DNA from: Candidatus Calditenuaceae archaeon
GTDB lineage: Archaea > Thermoproteota > Nitrososphaeria_A > Caldarchaeales > Calditenuaceae
Length of the DNA: 64,000 nucleotides
Direction: 5' to 3'
Assembly (NCBI GenBank): GCA_025059595.1
Contig: JANXDI010000015.1
Coordinates: 25,872 to 89,871, forward strand
Shown: positions 36,400 through 45,807 of the stretch, piece by piece
How positions within the stretch are numbered: position 1 is the stretch's first letter
How the letters are laid out: the number at the start of each line of letters is the position of its first letter
The notes under the pieces: model-generated
What the model was told of the DNA's origin: nothing
Database searches by the model: none
The model's input: the letters and a program-made list of their open reading frames with translations, nothing else
Program-made: the position numbers and the translations under genes

Positions 36400-36649
36400 A
36401 TAATTTCAACCATTTACATAATTTTCTGGGTGAGATTTATACCTTAACACAATAAACTGTCCCGTGAAGGTGCAAAAACTCGATACTCAGCAGTCTTTGC
36501 TGTTCGAAATAACCAATTAAGGAGCTTTTACCGTCCTACGCAAGCGTAATCAGGCCGCGCCTTCAGCTTATGGATGTTCTTTTGGGCCTCCATTCTAGCT
36601 AGGCTTGGGTCTAAATACTCCTTAATGCTGGGAGCTATGTGGCTGTAGT

Positions 36650-38806
36650 ATGGACCCCCTGCTCTTCACAATTGTTGTTGGTTTGCTGGGCGCTGTCGCC
36701 TCCGTTCTCCTGATATGGTTCGTTGAGAGGCTTCCAAAAGGGCCGGAGTCTTTCGCCGTTATATGGCGCGCGATTCGTGAGGGGTCCGGAGCATATCTTA
36801 GGAGACAGTTCAGGACGATTGCCTTGATTGCGGCCGCCATCGCCGTTCTGATTCTGGGCAGCTTCTCCATCTTCCCACAGTTGGGGGGTGCTACATACGG
36901 TGCTGCGATGGCCGGGAGCTTCCTTCTCGGAGTCACCTTCTCTCTAACCGCAGCCTTCATCGCGATGGACGCTGCGACTAGGGCCAACGTTAGGACAACA
37001 TACGCTGCATCTCGGAGCAGCGTCGACGCACTCCGAGTTGCTACTCTTGGTGGCGCCTCGCTAGGCCTCGCCGTCATAGCAATGAGCCTGCTCGGCCTCT
37101 CCCTGCTTTATGTCGCCTTCAGGGACCCGGGACTTCTAGCAGGCTTCGGCTTCGGTGCGAGCCTAGCCGCGCTCTTTGCGCAGCTCGGTGGAGGGATTTA
37201 CACGAAGAGTGCTGATATCGGTGCTGACTTGGTGGGGAAGGTTGAGGCGGGGATACCTGAGGACGACCCGCGGAATCCTGCTGTCGTAGCTGACCTCGTA
37301 GGCGACAATGTGGGTGATGAGGCTGGTAGGGGTGCCGACCTCTTCGAGTCAGTGACTGCTGAGAACCTTGGAGGCATGATTATCGCTCTCGTGGTCTCGA
37401 TAATTCTCTTCAACGGCATCAACGAGCTCTACGTGGTTACGCCTCTGATAATTAGGGCGCTGGGTGTTATTGCAACTTTCGTAGGTATTTTCTGGGCTGC
37501 ATCGCGAAAGAGCTTCAAGGAGGCGATAGGCCCTCTTAGAGAGGGGCTTATAGTCACGAGCATTCTGGCCGCTATCTTGATGTATGCGGCTAGCTGGCTG
37601 ATATTTGGTCCTCAGGGGCTCCCCCTATACGCCGCGATGATTATCGGTCTCGTCGCTGGAGTCCTGATAATGTTCTACAGCGAATACTACACCGGACTGA
37701 GGTCTAAGTATGTCTCGCTCATAGCGCAGAACTCTCTCTCAGGGCCGGCCCTGACGACGATGACTGGCATATCTACGGGGATGATATCCTCCCTGCTTCC
37801 CGTAGTGACTGTCGTAATTGCTATTGCTTTATCGTTTATTCTTGGCAGCTACTGGTCCAGCCTATCTGGCCTCGGCGACCCTCTACTCGGTGGAATTTAT
37901 GGGACTACGATGGCGACCATGGGCATGCTCTCTACGGCGGGCTTCATCCTGACTATGGATGGTGTTGGGCCTATCGTGGACAACGCTGGGGGGATAGCTG
38001 AAATGGCAAACGCTGAGCCCACAATCAGGGAGCGGCTGGAACCGTTAGACGCTCTCGGAAACACAACAAAGGCGCTCACCAAGTCTTATGCCATGGGCTC
38101 CGCTGCCTTGGCCGCACTTCTACTTTTCCAAGCCTTTATCCTCGAAGTTGCCAGATACATGGCCGGAATCTTTGAGCTTGTGGCCATAGGGCCAGAGGAG
38201 GCTCATGGCCTTTTGAAGAGCGTCGGGGCGCTAACTACGGGGCTTCAGCTCAACTCTCCGGCCGTAGTTATCGGGCTCTTTATCGGCGGCATGATTCCTT
38301 TCCTCTTCTCCGGCCAGGCCATGAACGCCGTGGCAAGCGGGGCATATAGAATGGTGGAGGAGGTTAGGAGGCAGTTCTCGACAATTCCAGGGATACTGGA
38401 TGGGACTGGGCGGCCCGAGTATGGGAGGTGCGTCGACATATCCACATCGACGGCTCTGAGGCTCATGGTTGCGCCCACGCTGACTGTTACTCTCTCACCG
38501 ATTCTACTTGGCATGCTGCTTGGATGGCAGGCAGTAGGCGCCCTCGTCCTAGGTGCAACCATTACGGCGATTCCACTCGCTATTCTAGGATTCTATGGAG
38601 GGGCTGCGATGGATAATGCGAAGAAGCTTCTTGAGATAGGGGGGAAGAAGGGGACCGACGCCCATAAGGCAGCCGTGGTGGGGGACACTCTCGGAGACCC
38701 CATGAAGGACACTTACGCTCCCAGCCTTCACATTCTGATAAAGCTGCTGAACACTCTTTCGCTAGTCTTCATACCGCTCTTCATGACCGGGCTAATACCC
38801 CTCTAA
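36650..38806 (+). CDS. hppA: membrane-bound H+/Na+-translocating pyrophosphatase (V-PPase)
   Basis: 718 aa with diagnostic motifs (SADIGADLVGKVEAGIPEDDPRNPAVVADLVGDNVGDEAGRGADLFES and DTLGDPMKDT). Confidence 0.9.
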   Translation: MDPLLFTIVVGLLGAVASVLLIWFVERLPKGPESFAVIWRAIREGSGAYLRRQFRTIALIAAAIAVLILGSFSIFPQLGGATYGAAMAGSFLLGVTFSLTAAFIAMDAATRANVRTTYAASRSSVDALRVATLGGASLGLAVIAMSLLGLSLLYVAFRDPGLLAGFGFGASLAALFAQLGGGIYTKSADIGADLVGKVEAGIPEDDPRNPAVVADLVGDNVGDEAGRGADLFESVTAENLGGMIIALVVSIILFNGINELYVVTPLIIRALGVIATFVGIFWAASRKSFKEAIGPLREGLIVTSILAAILMYAASWLIFGPQGLPLYAAMIIGLVAGVLIMFYSEYYTGLRSKYVSLIAQNSLSGPALTTMTGISTGMISSLLPVVTVVIAIALSFILGSYWSSLSGLGDPLLGGIYGTTMATMGMLSTAGFILTMDGVGPIVDNAGGIAEMANAEPTIRERLEPLDALGNTTKALTKSYAMGSAALAALLLFQAFILEVARYMAGIFELVAIGPEEAHGLLKSVGALTTGLQLNSPAVVIGLFIGGMIPFLFSGQAMNAVASGAYRMVEEVRRQFSTIPGILDGTGRPEYGRCVDISTSTALRLMVAPTLTVTLSPILLGMLLGWQAVGALVLGATITAIPLAILGFYGGAAMDNAKKLLEIGGKKGTDAHKAAVVGDTLGDPMKDTYAPSLHILIKLLNTLSLVFIPLFMTGLIPL

Positions 38807-39984
38807 GGCCTCTCCCCCAGCGTAACCTGAATGTCTAATTTTTCACCACTCCTCAAGACCGTCAAAATTACAGTATCACCCGGACTAGTCCTCTCTACCA
38901 TGTAGGTCAAGAGGTCGTCCATACTGCCAACAGGGCTCCCATTTATTGCGACAATGACGTCTCCCCCAACCCTATACTGTGTTCCAGCAACTGTGACAAC
39001 CCTCAAACCTCCCCTCACCCCCGCCTTATCAGCCGGCCCACCCGGGACGACCGTCTCGACAAGTAGCCCCCTACTAACGTTGAGGCCGATCTCCTTAGCC
39101 ACGAGGGCATTAATCTCGTTACCAGCTATCCCCAAATAACTGTGTCTATACGTGCCCTTTGAAATCAGGGCTGGAACTATCCTCTTAACAACGTTAGACG
39201 AGACCGCGTATCCTATGCCTGAAAACTGGCCCGTCGTCGACTCAATCGCAGTCGCGACACCTACTACTTCACCTCTCATATTCAGTATCGGACCACCTGA
39301 GTTTCCAGGATTAACCGCCGCGTCAATCTGTATTATCCCCGGGATAAGGTAGCCCCTGCCAGACTGGAGGAGCCTCCCCTTCTGGCTAACTATTCCGACG
39401 GTCACGCTGCCTGTCAGCTCGAAGGGATTCCCTATCGCTATTATCTGCTCGCCTATTCGGAGCTCGCTTGAGTCTCCAAGCTTGAGAGGCTTGAAAGTCA
39501 CGTACTCGCCTCCTGTGACGATTCTTAGGACCGCTAGGTCTGTGTCCGGGTCTCTTCCCACAAGCTCAGCCCTAAAGGCCGCGCCACCTATAAAGTAGAC
39601 AAAATATTCGACGCCTCCCTCAACCACGTGGTTATTCGTAATCACATGACCAGCGGAATCATAGACGAAGCCTGAGCCCACGGACTCTCCAAACCTGTAT
39701 AGCGTCTTTATCTCGACAACTGAGCCCTTGACTAGCTCATAGACCGACGTAATGTTATACTGTTGATGGGTTACGATCGTCTGAGGCTTGGGGCTGCTTT
39801 CGAGTTCTGTGAGCTCAGCCCTTGCTGCTTGAAGGTCGCGTCTCAGAGAATTCAGCTCAGCCTGCAGGCCGGCTAACTGGCTCGTCAGACTTCGCAGGTC
39901 CTGCTGATAACTCATGACCTGAAGAAAGAGAAGAGCCGCTATGGCAAGTGAGACCGCTGAAACGGCAAATGCCGCTTTACTCAA
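38803..39984 (-). CDS. HtrA/DegP-family trypsin-like serine protease with a PDZ domain, membrane-anchored with an N-terminal coiled coil
   Basis: 393 aa. The catalytic triad context is GHVITNNHVV (His), the Asp region and GNSGGPILN (Ser). A PDZ-like tail (LGIAG...VAKEIGL) is present. It overlaps hppA's end by 4 bp on the opposite strand. Confidence 0.85.
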   Translation of the reverse strand: MSKAAFAVSAVSLAIAALLFLQVMSYQQDLRSLTSQLAGLQAELNSLRRDLQAARAELTELESSPKPQTIVTHQQYNITSVYELVKGSVVEIKTLYRFGESVGSGFVYDSAGHVITNNHVVEGGVEYFVYFIGGAAFRAELVGRDPDTDLAVLRIVTGGEYVTFKPLKLGDSSELRIGEQIIAIGNPFELTGSVTVGIVSQKGRLLQSGRGYLIPGIIQIDAAVNPGNSGGPILNMRGEVVGVATAIESTTGQFSGIGYAVSSNVVKRIVPALISKGTYRHSYLGIAGNEINALVAKEIGLNVSRGLLVETVVPGGPADKAGVRGGLRVVTVAGTQYRVGGDVIVAINGSPVGSMDDLLTYMVERTSPGDTVILTVLRSGEKLDIQVTLGERP

Positions 39985-41273
39985 CTCCCCCGCACCTCTC
40001 TAGCCACGAGCCTCTTCAACACCCTCTCAATACCGGTTCCATACTGAGCCGCCTTCTTTTCCCTCTCAACTAGCTCCTCCGGAAGCCCAGCAACCCTCGC
40101 AACCTCCCTCAACACCACCTTCCTAACACCGCCGGAAATTCTGAACTCGGGCGGCAGATTATATGTGTTACTGACGATTCGTTCATCTAAATAAGGCACA
40201 GTAAAGAGCGCGCCTCCTAATGCGGCGGAGGCGTAGTCTCTCGGAAGACCGGCTACCCAAAGCTCACTCAAGTCCTTCTTCATCTCTGCCACGGCAGCTA
40301 CGACGCCGCTGCTCTTAGCGAGGCGCAGATACTTCATATACCCACCGAAAAGCTCGTCCGCTCCCTGACCACTAACTACTTGCCTCCTCCCATCCAAGAC
40401 CGCACGGAGCGAGCTAACGTAGATAAGGACCGCGAGCGCCTCATCCATCTTGGAGCGTAGCGGCAGATTTCTCGCGAGATAATTTCGCGACTCCACTATC
40501 TCCTTCTCGCTTAAGGCAACTTCGAGATAATCAGCTCCCAAAAGCTCTGCCGCCCTCTTAGAGGCCAAGAGGTCGTGAGACCCAGTGAGGCCGGCGGAGA
40601 TGGCGAGAGGATTTAGGCCGAGAGTTAAGCATAACGACAGTAAAACAGAGCTGTCGAGACCGCCTGAGAAGAGCACAGCACATCCACGCGAGACAGACCT
40701 CCTAACTGAGGCCAGTAGCTCCTCATAAATCAGGTTAGCTGCATCCGATACGCTTGCAGGGGGTGGAGACGGAGGAAAACTTTTTATGACTTGCCCCTCG
40801 ACCCTAGACTCATCGAAGCTGACACGCATATTATAATTTGGCGGAACTACCCTCATTTCTCCCCCTTCGATTCCTAGCAGGAGCGGCGGACAGGAAGCCG
40901 CTATTAGTTCAGCTGTTCGGTAATAGGCGAGGGGCGGAGACCCAACCGGCCCCGACTTCACAACCACGCATTCACCGCTCAGACGAATCTCCGAGCAGAA
41001 AGGCGAGTCCCTCAGCTCTGTGAGGCCTAAAATCTTTGAGGGCTGGAGGCTGATTACGAATCCCTCTCCTCTCTCATCAATAACACCAAAGCCCGCGTGG
41101 TGGACCATAAGCCTCACCCTCCCTCGCAAATCGGCAAGCTCGCTGAGTGAGACCCGACCTCCGTCTATGAAGAATTCGCTCCTCGGCCAACGGTGTGATA
41201 GTCTGAGCACCCTGTCCAAGGGTGCTGGGAGTTGAGAATCTTGCCGGGAGACTATTACGCAGGCTATCGCCAT
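39981..41273 (-). CDS. asparagine synthetase-related protein (PP-loop ATP pyrophosphatase domain; no obvious N-terminal Cys2 amidotransferase domain)
   Basis: 430 aa with the PP-loop SGGLDSS (AVLFSGGLDSSVL) and an AsnB C-domain-like region. Confidence 0.65.
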   Translation of the reverse strand: MAIACVIVSRQDSQLPAPLDRVLRLSHRWPRSEFFIDGGRVSLSELADLRGRVRLMVHHAGFGVIDERGEGFVISLQPSKILGLTELRDSPFCSEIRLSGECVVVKSGPVGSPPLAYYRTAELIAASCPPLLLGIEGGEMRVVPPNYNMRVSFDESRVEGQVIKSFPPSPPPASVSDAANLIYEELLASVRRSVSRGCAVLFSGGLDSSVLLSLCLTLGLNPLAISAGLTGSHDLLASKRAAELLGADYLEVALSEKEIVESRNYLARNLPLRSKMDEALAVLIYVSSLRAVLDGRRQVVSGQGADELFGGYMKYLRLAKSSGVVAAVAEMKKDLSELWVAGLPRDYASAALGGALFTVPYLDERIVSNTYNLPPEFRISGGVRKVVLREVARVAGLPEELVEREKKAAQYGTGIERVLKRLVAREVRGS

Positions 41274-41290
41274 CTAGACTTGCTGAGGCT

Positions 41291-41788
41291 CTAGTGGCTC
41301 TTTTCTCTCATAAGTCTTCTCTCTACTCTTCTCCGTAAAGGGTCTGGAAGCTGAATCTCCGGGTCGCTCCTAATTGCGGGGTGGTAAGGGTCAACCAATA
41401 TGACCTCGAACCACTTGTAGAGGCTGTCATACGTGAGTGGATAGCAGCCTATCGGATGGAGGTTAGGATACTTCTTCCTCGCCCTGTTTATCGCCTCTTC
41501 GGCCATCGTGACGTTTACTTTGTGTAGAACCGCGCCTATAGCCTTGGGCCGCCTTCCTGAGTTTGGGCGAGGCTTGCTGAAGCCGCCCCTCCTCACCCTA
41601 ACACGCAGGACCACGAATCCTTGCTTCGCCTTATAGCCGATGCCCCGGGCCCTGTCAAGCCTAAGAGGCCTCTCCACCCTGACGACAGAGGGCTCCCTTC
41701 TCCAGAGAATCCTCCTCTCCCTAAGCAGGACCTTCAGCTCCTCCGGCCTACTCCTCCAAAGCTCGTTCAGCTCCGAATACAGCCCCAT
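41291..41788 (-). CDS. rpl15e: 50S ribosomal protein L15e
   Basis: The N-terminus MGLYSELNELWRSRPEELKVLLRERRILWRREPSVVRVERPLRLDRARGIGYKAKQGFVVLRVRVRRGG is diagnostic of eL15. Confidence 0.85.
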   Translation of the reverse strand: MGLYSELNELWRSRPEELKVLLRERRILWRREPSVVRVERPLRLDRARGIGYKAKQGFVVLRVRVRRGGFSKPRPNSGRRPKAIGAVLHKVNVTMAEEAINRARKKYPNLHPIGCYPLTYDSLYKWFEVILVDPYHPAIRSDPEIQLPDPLRRRVERRLMREKSH

Positions 41789-41828
41789 GGCTTCAGCCCT
41801 TCCAGCCTCATAAAAGCGGTATCACCCA

Positions 41829-42118
41829 TGATAAAAACCCTAAAAGCGGTGCGAGAGTTGGCACGCTCCGTGAAGCGGTTTTATATATCTGAGGAATTAG
41901 ATACATCAGGGTTGCTCAGACTCAAGGTCGGAGAATCTCTTGGAATGTGGGACTGGACAATAACCATCTGCAACGCCTGCTTATTAGAGATTGAAGATGA
42001 TGCAGAAGTATTCAAGTGCAGTAACTGTGGAGCTGCCTTCCACGTCGACTGCTTTAGAAACTTAAAGAGCACCAAGTCCGCATGCCCGAGGTGTAGGGTG
42101 AGCCTAGATGAGCAGTGA
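41829..42118 (+). CDS. small soluble protein with a C-terminal C4HC3 treble-clef zinc finger (RING-CH/PHD-like)
   Basis: 96 aa, counted from the first ATG downstream of rpl15e; the listed ORF from 41621 overlaps rpl15e and is trimmed. The finger is C-x2-C-x12-C-x2-C-x4-H-x2-C-x10-C-x2-C (CNAC...CSNCGAAFHVDC...CPRC). Confidence 0.5.
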
Positions 42119-42476
42119 AGAAGAGCCGAAGCCCGATGAGGAGGAAATAGTGGTTAACCTGATAGAGACTCCGAGGGGCCGCGTACCGGAGTTTGAGAGC
42201 ACCTTCCGCGCCCTCGAGAAGATATCGGCCCGCCTTTTGGAGCAGGATGAGAAGATTGAGAGGGTCGCAGCCCGGCTAGCGAGCGGGGGGCAGATAGCGC
42301 CGGGCCAGCTGAAAGAGATACTGCAGGCAGTGGAGTCGGTCAGGGCTGAGCTAGCGGCTCTAACTAAGAGGCTGGAGCTCCTCGAGGATAGCCTTGGGGA
42401 GATACAGGAGAGGCTGAACCTTCTAGACTACATAGCTGACATAATAGAGCGATATCTCAGGCCCCAAGAAGGCTAA
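42108..42476 (+). CDS. small acidic coiled-coil protein
   Basis: 122 aa. An acidic N-terminus is followed by heptad-like Leu/Glu/Arg periodicity. It overlaps the upstream zinc-finger gene by 11 bp, which suggests cotranscription. Confidence 0.45.
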   Translation: MSSEEEPKPDEEEIVVNLIETPRGRVPEFESTFRALEKISARLLEQDEKIERVAARLASGGQIAPGQLKEILQAVESVRAELAALTKRLELLEDSLGEIQERLNLLDYIADIIERYLRPQEG

Positions 42477-43327
42477 GTGACGCCGCGGAGCATTCCGCCC
42501 CGCAGCTCCTGCTTAATCCTCTCCAGCTCCCTCTTCTCCGACTCAAGCCGAGCAATCTCCTGAGTAAGCTGAGTCTTCCTCTTCTCCAGCCTCCTAACCT
42601 CCTCTGCGAGCTGAGAAAACTGCTTGTTATACTCCTCAGCGATGGACTTGGCCGCCTCCAGCTTCGAGATCTCCTCCCTCTTCCTCTCTTCGAGCCTAGT
42701 AAGCCGCTCAAGCCTCGCCTCTCTCACCTTAAACCTCCTATCCAGCTCCTTCACAGCCCTTTCAATACCCGCGACCGCCGAGTTTAGAGCCGAGACATAA
42801 GAGTCCTGAAGCTCCTTAATCTTCTCCTCGAGATAGGCCTTCCTCTCCTCAAGCTCGGCCACCTCTTTCTCAAAGCTCTTCAGAGACCTCTCCTTCTCGT
42901 CTATCTCTCGCCGCAGGTTTATCAGCTCCTGCCTTAGAATCTCTAGATTACTCTTCTCCTGCTCCAGCCTCTCCCTCTCCGACGCTATCGCTGCTCTGGC
43001 CTTTTCAAGGACCTCAACCTGCTCCCTCTGAAACTCTATAATCCTCGCAAGCTCCTCCTGCTGCTCCTGAAAAATTACTAAATAAGAGGTCAAGGACCTG
43101 AGGACATTCACGCCCTCAACAAATTCTCTGATTAGGTATTCGGGCTGTGTCGCGGCTAAAGCGTCGAATCTGTTGATTATTTCTTGGGCTGAGGCTCTAA
43201 TCTGGTTTATAACTGGCCCGGAAAGCGAGGACTCGATGTTCTGGAGGTGAATCATGATGTTTCTGAGGTTCTGGGAAATGGCCTCCAGCTCCTCTGAACG
43301 CCGCCCGATTATCGAGCCCATCTCCAC
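42473..43327 (-). CDS. coiled-coil protein (about 200 aa of continuous E/R/K/L-rich heptads)
   Basis: 284 aa with low complexity but clear heptad periodicity (LEQEKSNLEILRQELINLRREIDEKERSLKSFEKEVAELEERKAYLEEKIKELQ...). It converges on the 42108 gene with a 4-bp overlap of the stops. Confidence 0.55.
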   Translation of the reverse strand: MEMGSIIGRRSEELEAISQNLRNIMIHLQNIESSLSGPVINQIRASAQEIINRFDALAATQPEYLIREFVEGVNVLRSLTSYLVIFQEQQEELARIIEFQREQVEVLEKARAAIASERERLEQEKSNLEILRQELINLRREIDEKERSLKSFEKEVAELEERKAYLEEKIKELQDSYVSALNSAVAGIERAVKELDRRFKVREARLERLTRLEERKREEISKLEAAKSIAEEYNKQFSQLAEEVRRLEKRKTQLTQEIARLESEKRELERIKQELRGGMLRGVT

Positions 43328-43440
43328 TAACTTTCAATTATTCGGATATAAATCTATATTCCCTTGTAAGTGGGCGGGATTTTCGGCTACGTTGTGTGAA
43401 ACTCATTTATATATGGGCGGCGAGGTGTTAGTGCAGATAA

Positions 43441-44187
43441 ATGATCACCCAGGTTGGGGAGGCTTTAGCTCGGTTCAGCAGGATTGGGGCTCTTGTTTCG
43501 CTTCTGGGAGCTACCCATGCGCTCAGCCTGATACTTAACTGGTTTTCCATAAACTATGATGATGTCGGCCGCTCCATGATTGCGGGCTATACATTCATGG
43601 AGCCCCTCATGCTCTCACTGGCCGCTGGCGGAACCGCGGGTGTATCCTGCATATTGGCCTCAAACCTCAAGGATATCTCGAAACTCAGGCTAATTACGCC
43701 GCTTCTTTCATTCACCGCCGCGGGACTAGCTCTACTCTCCCCCCTCTACACATACCTCATCAAGCTTCCAAGTTTCGGAGGCCTCGACTATGCTCCGGAG
43801 ATAGGCTTATTCGCCGCGCTATTCACAGGGATAGCGATAGCAGGAGCCTCGGCTCTCGCGCTCATCGCAGGCCTGAGGACAAGAGTAACCACCCAGCTCT
43901 CGCCGCCACCTTATTGGACACCGGTGAGAGAGGAGCCTGAAACTTTCAGCGAGATAAGCGAGCCAATAGCCGAGACGCAAGTCACCGTTGTCGAGCCAAC
44001 ACCGGAGAGGGAGCCAAGGGGCCCTGAGACTCCGGAAGGCCAGTGCCTAATATGCGGAGACCTCGTCTCCACGGGCGAGCTTGAAGAGTGCAAATCTTGC
44101 GGCGCCTTATTTCACAAAGACTGTATGAATGTCTGGGTCGACTTGGGGAATAAGTGCCCAGCGTGCGGCGGCGAACTAAGGGGCTAA
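43441..44187 (+). CDS. polytopic membrane protein (4-5 TM) with a C-terminal cytoplasmic C4HC3 zinc finger paralogous to the 41829 protein
   Basis: 248 aa. The TM helices are followed by a Pro/Glu-rich linker and CLICGDLVSTGELEECKSCGALFHKDCMNVWVDLGNKCPAC. The core CxxCGAxFHxDC is shared with the 41829 protein. A TATA box (catttatatat) lies about 25 bp upstream of the ATG. Confidence 0.6.
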   Translation: MITQVGEALARFSRIGALVSLLGATHALSLILNWFSINYDDVGRSMIAGYTFMEPLMLSLAAGGTAGVSCILASNLKDISKLRLITPLLSFTAAGLALLSPLYTYLIKLPSFGGLDYAPEIGLFAALFTGIAIAGASALALIAGLRTRVTTQLSPPPYWTPVREEPETFSEISEPIAETQVTVVEPTPEREPRGPETPEGQCLICGDLVSTGELEECKSCGALFHKDCMNVWVDLGNKCPACGGELRG

Positions 44188-44202
44188 AGCCCCGCCGAAT
44201 AG

Positions 44203-45774
44203 GTGAGAAGGTTTAAGGAGGCAACCCGAGTTAAACAGCTATTTATTCTGCGTGTTTTTTGTTTGAGCGGGTTGCCCGAACAGCTCGCCGAGAATGTCGT
44301 CCAGCTAGCTTTAAGGAGGGGGTTCTTCAACCCCACGGCCGAGATATATAGGGGCTCAGCAGGCTTCTATGACCTCGGCCCCCTCGGCGCTCTAATGAAG
44401 GCTAACTTAGTGAACTACTGGCTTGAGACATTTGTGAGGCAGGAGACTTCATTTGATGTTTACCTGATTGACGGCTCACTTATACTTCCATTCGAAGCCC
44501 TCAAGGCATCTGGGCACGTTGACAAGTTCTCCGACCCTAAGGCCGAGTGTAGTAGGTGTGGCAGGGTTCATCGCCTGGACCAGCTCATAGAGGAGGGGCT
44601 CGGCGTTAAGGTTGAGGGTAAGAGTATAGAGGAGCTGCAGGAGATTGTGAGGATTAACGATGTCAGGTGCCCCAACTGCGGCGGTGAATTGACAGGCTTC
44701 AAGGAGCATCACCTAATGTTTAAGCTCGCGGTCGGTGGCGGAGAGGAGACAGCCTTTCTACGCCCAGAGACAGCTCAGAACATCTTCCTCAACTTCAAGA
44801 GAATCGCATATGCCATGAGGGCTAAACTCCCCTTCGCAGTAGCACAGGTTGGCAGGTCCTTCAGGAACGAAATCTCCCCACGCCAATCCATAATCAGGTT
44901 AAGGGAGTTCAGCCAGATGGAGATCGAGCTTTTCTTCTCGCCGAACCGGGACTATTCCATCAGGGACTTCGACGATGTCGGTGACACCATAATTAAGATA
45001 CTGACGAGGGAGGAGCAGAGGCATGGTGGCGAGGCTATTGAGATAAGGGCGAAGGATGCGGTTGAGGAGGGGATAGTCCCAAACAGGTTCCTCGCCTACT
45101 ACCTCGCTAAGGAGGTTAGGTTCTTCCAATCGCTGGGTATTCCGCCTGAGAACATGAGGTTTAGACATCTTCTACCCGAGGAGACCCCCCACTACTCCGG
45201 CGGAAACTTTGACTTGGAGGTGAAGTTCTCCTTCGGATGGAAGGAGATTGTCGGGAACGCGTATAGGCGCGACTACGACCTCACAGTCCACTCCAAGCAC
45301 TCTGGTGAGGACCTCTCAATCGATGACAACGGAGTCAAGATATTGCCTCACGTCGTTGAGCCGTCCTTTGGGGTTGAGAGAATACTATACGCAATTCTTG
45401 AGCACTCGTATCTTGAGGGAATGAGGGACTGGCCTGTCCTTAAGCTTCCGCGGATAGTTTCTCCTATGAAGGCCGCTGTCCTGCCACTACTCGATAGGGA
45501 GAACCTGACGTCTAAGGCTTGGGAAATCTACACAGCGCTCAGGAAAGGAAGGAGGCAGCTCTACGTTTTGTTTGACAACCGAGGCTCAATAGGAAGAAGA
45601 TACGCGAGGGCCGACGAGGCCGGAGTAAACCTCTGCATAACCATCGACTACCAGACACTTCAAGACAACACGGTGACGGTTAGGGACAGGGATACCGCAG
45701 AGCAGGTCAGGGCAAGGGTAGAAGACCTCGAGGAGCTCATCTTCAACGACATGTATAGAGGCCTTGAAGTCTGA
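44203..45774 (+). CDS. glyS: glycine--tRNA ligase (archaeal/eukaryotic-type class II GlyRS)
   Basis: 523 aa. The N-terminus RRGFFNPTAEIYRGSAGFYDLGPLG matches the GlyRS start. Class II motif 2 (FRNEISPR) and motif 3 are present, with an anticodon-binding C-domain. Confidence 0.85.
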   Translation: MRRFKEATRVKQLFILRVFCLSGLPEQLAENVVQLALRRGFFNPTAEIYRGSAGFYDLGPLGALMKANLVNYWLETFVRQETSFDVYLIDGSLILPFEALKASGHVDKFSDPKAECSRCGRVHRLDQLIEEGLGVKVEGKSIEELQEIVRINDVRCPNCGGELTGFKEHHLMFKLAVGGGEETAFLRPETAQNIFLNFKRIAYAMRAKLPFAVAQVGRSFRNEISPRQSIIRLREFSQMEIELFFSPNRDYSIRDFDDVGDTIIKILTREEQRHGGEAIEIRAKDAVEEGIVPNRFLAYYLAKEVRFFQSLGIPPENMRFRHLLPEETPHYSGGNFDLEVKFSFGWKEIVGNAYRRDYDLTVHSKHSGEDLSIDDNGVKILPHVVEPSFGVERILYAILEHSYLEGMRDWPVLKLPRIVSPMKAAVLPLLDRENLTSKAWEIYTALRKGRRQLYVLFDNRGSIGRRYARADEAGVNLCITIDYQTLQDNTVTVRDRDTAEQVRARVEDLEELIFNDMYRGLEV

Positions 45775-45807
45775 GATTCATTCTGAAAAAACTTTGGCTG
45801 GCCCGGT

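Noticed and set aside
39981-41273. The Asn-synthetase-like gene as the lasso-peptide cyclase partner of the PqqD-like gene
   Set aside because: It is 20 kb away, separated by many housekeeping genes. No B2 protease or precursor was found, so a lasso cluster is not supported.
41621-42118. A listed 165-aa ORF overlapping rpl15e on the opposite strand
   Set aside because: Only the 3' part (from the ATG at 41829) is outside rpl15e and carries the zinc-finger domain. The 5' 200 bp are antisense to a highly conserved r-protein gene, so the ORF was trimmed.
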